From the sequence record OP380604.1: a DNA stretch of 64,000 nucleotides. One strand, given 5' to 3'. Below the pieces are notes generated by a model. The model did no database searches, was not told the DNA's origin, and saw nothing but the letters and a program-made list of their open reading frames with translations. A program made the translations under genes and the position numbers. Of the stretch, positions 62,024 through 64,000 are shown in pieces. The stretch's first letter is position 1. Every line of letters begins with the position of its first letter.

Positions 62024-64000
62024 TTACTGTTGAAAACTACCAACGAGTTCATCGAAATCTGCACCGGTGCTAGTGGCAACGAACGACAGAGTGATATAGT
62101 TGATAGAACGTGCTGGCTTGATCAGAATAGTAGCCACAAACTCGTTACGATCAATGATCGCAGGAGTGTTATTGCTTTCGTCACAAACAACGCGGAAATC
62201 ATAAATACCGCCCAACGAACGAATGGTATCCAGATAAGATCCAACTTCCGAACGGAAACTAGAGCGTGTGAATGCGTCGTTCAATTCGAACAGTTTATAT
62301 TTCGCGCTTTCGCTGATTGACTTTTTCAGCAAGTTAAACAGACGACGAACGTTTACACGATCAAACGGAGTCGGCGCTTGGCTTGCAGTCTTATCGCCGT
62401 ACAGGATATATCCCTGTCCAGCAAAGCCAACGATTGGGTTAATACCGTTGGTATACATTTCATCGCGGTGTGCTTGACGGGTATCAACTGCTAGTTTAAT
62501 AACGTTCACAATCTGTCCACGGTTAAATCCAGCAGGAGACTGCCATGGCTGTCCAACTGTATCGGTGCGAGCACACAGACCAGCAATATCAGCGGCAAGC
62601 GGAATCCAACGGTTAACGTCATTATACTTGTCATATTGATATTTGTAGTTACCGTCAATGAAAGCATAAGTAGTGCCGATATTCATGTTATCATCAAGAG
62701 AAATACCAGCTTGGTTAACACCACGTCTCCAGTCAACGAGTTTACGAACAACACTAGCCGCTGGCTGATTGATCATATATTCGCGAGGAGGAGAAATCAG
62801 CACAAGACAATCGCGACGCTCGTCCGCAATAGCGACAACTGCCTTTTGAACAGTAGACGCGATTTTAGCTCCTTCTCCCGCAACTGCACCAGCGATAAAC
62901 AAGTTAACGTCGGTGTGTTCGCGATCGGCAAACATATCCCAGCCCTTCATGAACTCAGCAGCAGTAATATCGGTATTAGCAGATTGTCCGCCACCTAGAG
63001 CAAGAACACCGGTATATCCAACAGGCCAAGACTCAGAAACGCCTTGTACGAATGCACTATATCCGTTGCCGAAATATTCGTCAATGAAGATACTTGTTCC
63101 GTAAATATCACGATCCCCTGGTTTGGTACTCAGAACTTTAGACTCAACAGCAACGCCGTTATTGAAAACAATGAAAGCAAACTGATTTTCATTCTGCGGA
63201 CCAAATTCCAGATAAGAACTAGGAGTTACGTTGCCGTAATCAAGTCCAGACGGGAATACTTTCGGATTAATAGTGTTAACGCTAACGATTTTACCCGCTT
63301 CGTTGAACTTGTAATAATCCTTATACGCAATCAACAACACTTTGATATTATCTCCGTATGTACCGGCATAACGAGCGGCAATAGCTGGAACTTTCATTTC
63401 TTCGCAAATATCAATGAAAGTGCGTTTAGTTTCGCTACGCTCAGAAATAGCAGACATTGCATATTCATCGTTAGGAACGAAAATTGTAGAGTCCAGATTG
63501 ATTCCAACGACGGTAGCAGTCGCAGCTTGTCCAGAACCAGGACCACCGGCAGCAAATTGAATTTGCCACGCATTATCAAGTGCAGGATAATCGTTAATCG
63601 CTTTTGCTCGGGTGATAATAGCAGCAGTTGGAACATAAAAAGCGACAATGCCGCCAGATGAACTAACTACGGTAACTTTACCACTCGCAATAACGTTTCC
63701 GCCTTGCAATACGTTTACCACATCACCGACTTTGTAATCAACGCCAGGAGAAGTGATTGTATAACTCAGACTCTCATACAGAGCAGAGGAGTTACGGCTC
63801 TTTGTTTCATTCAGAACACGGACAAGACGCAGATCGTTGCCGTAATTCAAGAAGTTGACTCCGCTAAAGAAACTATCAGCGGTTTGATCGTCGGGGCGAC
63901 CAAATTTATCTACCAAATCAACTTCTGAGACTACTTGGGAAATTTGATAAGCAGGACCCCAGTTGAACTTCCCTACAAGCGCGGCGCGCCCAGTAGAAGA
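62024..64000 (-). CDS. 18: Tail sheath protein gp18 (5' end outside window)
   Basis: Frame open to 64000 (STGRAALVGKFNWGP); PAGFNRG and RVNVRRLF. Confidence 0.97.
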   Translation of the reverse strand, partial: SSTGRAALVGKFNWGPAYQISQVVSEVDLVDKFGRPDDQTADSFFSGVNFLNYGNDLRLVRVLNETKSRNSSALYESLSYTITSPGVDYKVGDVVNVLQGGNVIASGKVTVVSSSGGIVAFYVPTAAIITRAKAINDYPALDNAWQIQFAAGGPGSGQAATATVVGINLDSTIFVPNDEYAMSAISERSETKRTFIDICEEMKVPAIAARYAGTYGDNIKVLLIAYKDYYKFNEAGKIVSVNTINPKVFPSGLDYGNVTPSSYLEFGPQNENQFAFIVFNNGVAVESKVLSTKPGDRDIYGTSIFIDEYFGNGYSAFVQGVSESWPVGYTGVLALGGGQSANTDITAAEFMKGWDMFADREHTDVNLFIAGAVAGEGAKIASTVQKAVVAIADERRDCLVLISPPREYMINQPAASVVRKLVDWRRGVNQAGISLDDNMNIGTTYAFIDGNYKYQYDKYNDVNRWIPLAADIAGLCARTDTVGQPWQSPAGFNRGQIVNVIKLAVDTRQAHRDEMYTNGINPIVGFAGQGYILYGDKTASQAPTPFDRVNVRRLFNLLKKSISESAKYKLFELNDAFTRSSFRSEVGSYLDTIRSLGGIYDFRVVCDESNNTPAIIDRNEFVATILIKPARSINYITLSFVATSTGADFDELVGSFQQ

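Overview
The window is a 64-kb segment of a T4-like (Straboviridae) myophage genome. From memory, the gp23 N-terminus (MSKKSLLKKWQPLVESEGMPAIASMKRKD) resembles Aeromonas phage Aeh1-like phages; this was not checked by search. The left end holds long tail fibre genes 34 and an unusually long 35, whose ORF runs off the window and is therefore absent from the ORF track. A long plus-strand early/middle region follows: rnh, dsbA, 33, 59, 32, frd, td, denA, rnlA, cca, a NadM-Nudix enzyme, a macrodomain, spanins, vs.1, pseT, cd, 31.1, 31, rIII, 30.3, 30.2, ligase 30, dda, uvsY, rnlB and inh. It is interleaved with many small hypothetical genes and repeated terminator plus sigma70-promoter cassettes. 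Minus-strand late genes are alt, uvsW, 24, 23, 22, 21, 68, 67, 20, a free-standing GIY-YIG endonuclease, 19 and a partial 18. I found no tRNA, rRNA, CRISPR array or intron. Most interesting leads: a start-less gp23-like segment in frame behind the rIII UGA stop; several promoters whose -10 box lies in the loop of an inverted repeat; an SD-equipped ORF crossing the gene 32 operator; the >1300-aa gp35 with repeated lectin-like modules; a dispersed NAD/ADP-ribose and tRNA-repair toolkit; and several small paralogue families. Many start sites were moved from the ORF track to the codon with a visible Shine-Dalgarno (SD). All protein calls rest on motif recognition by eye, not on database searches.
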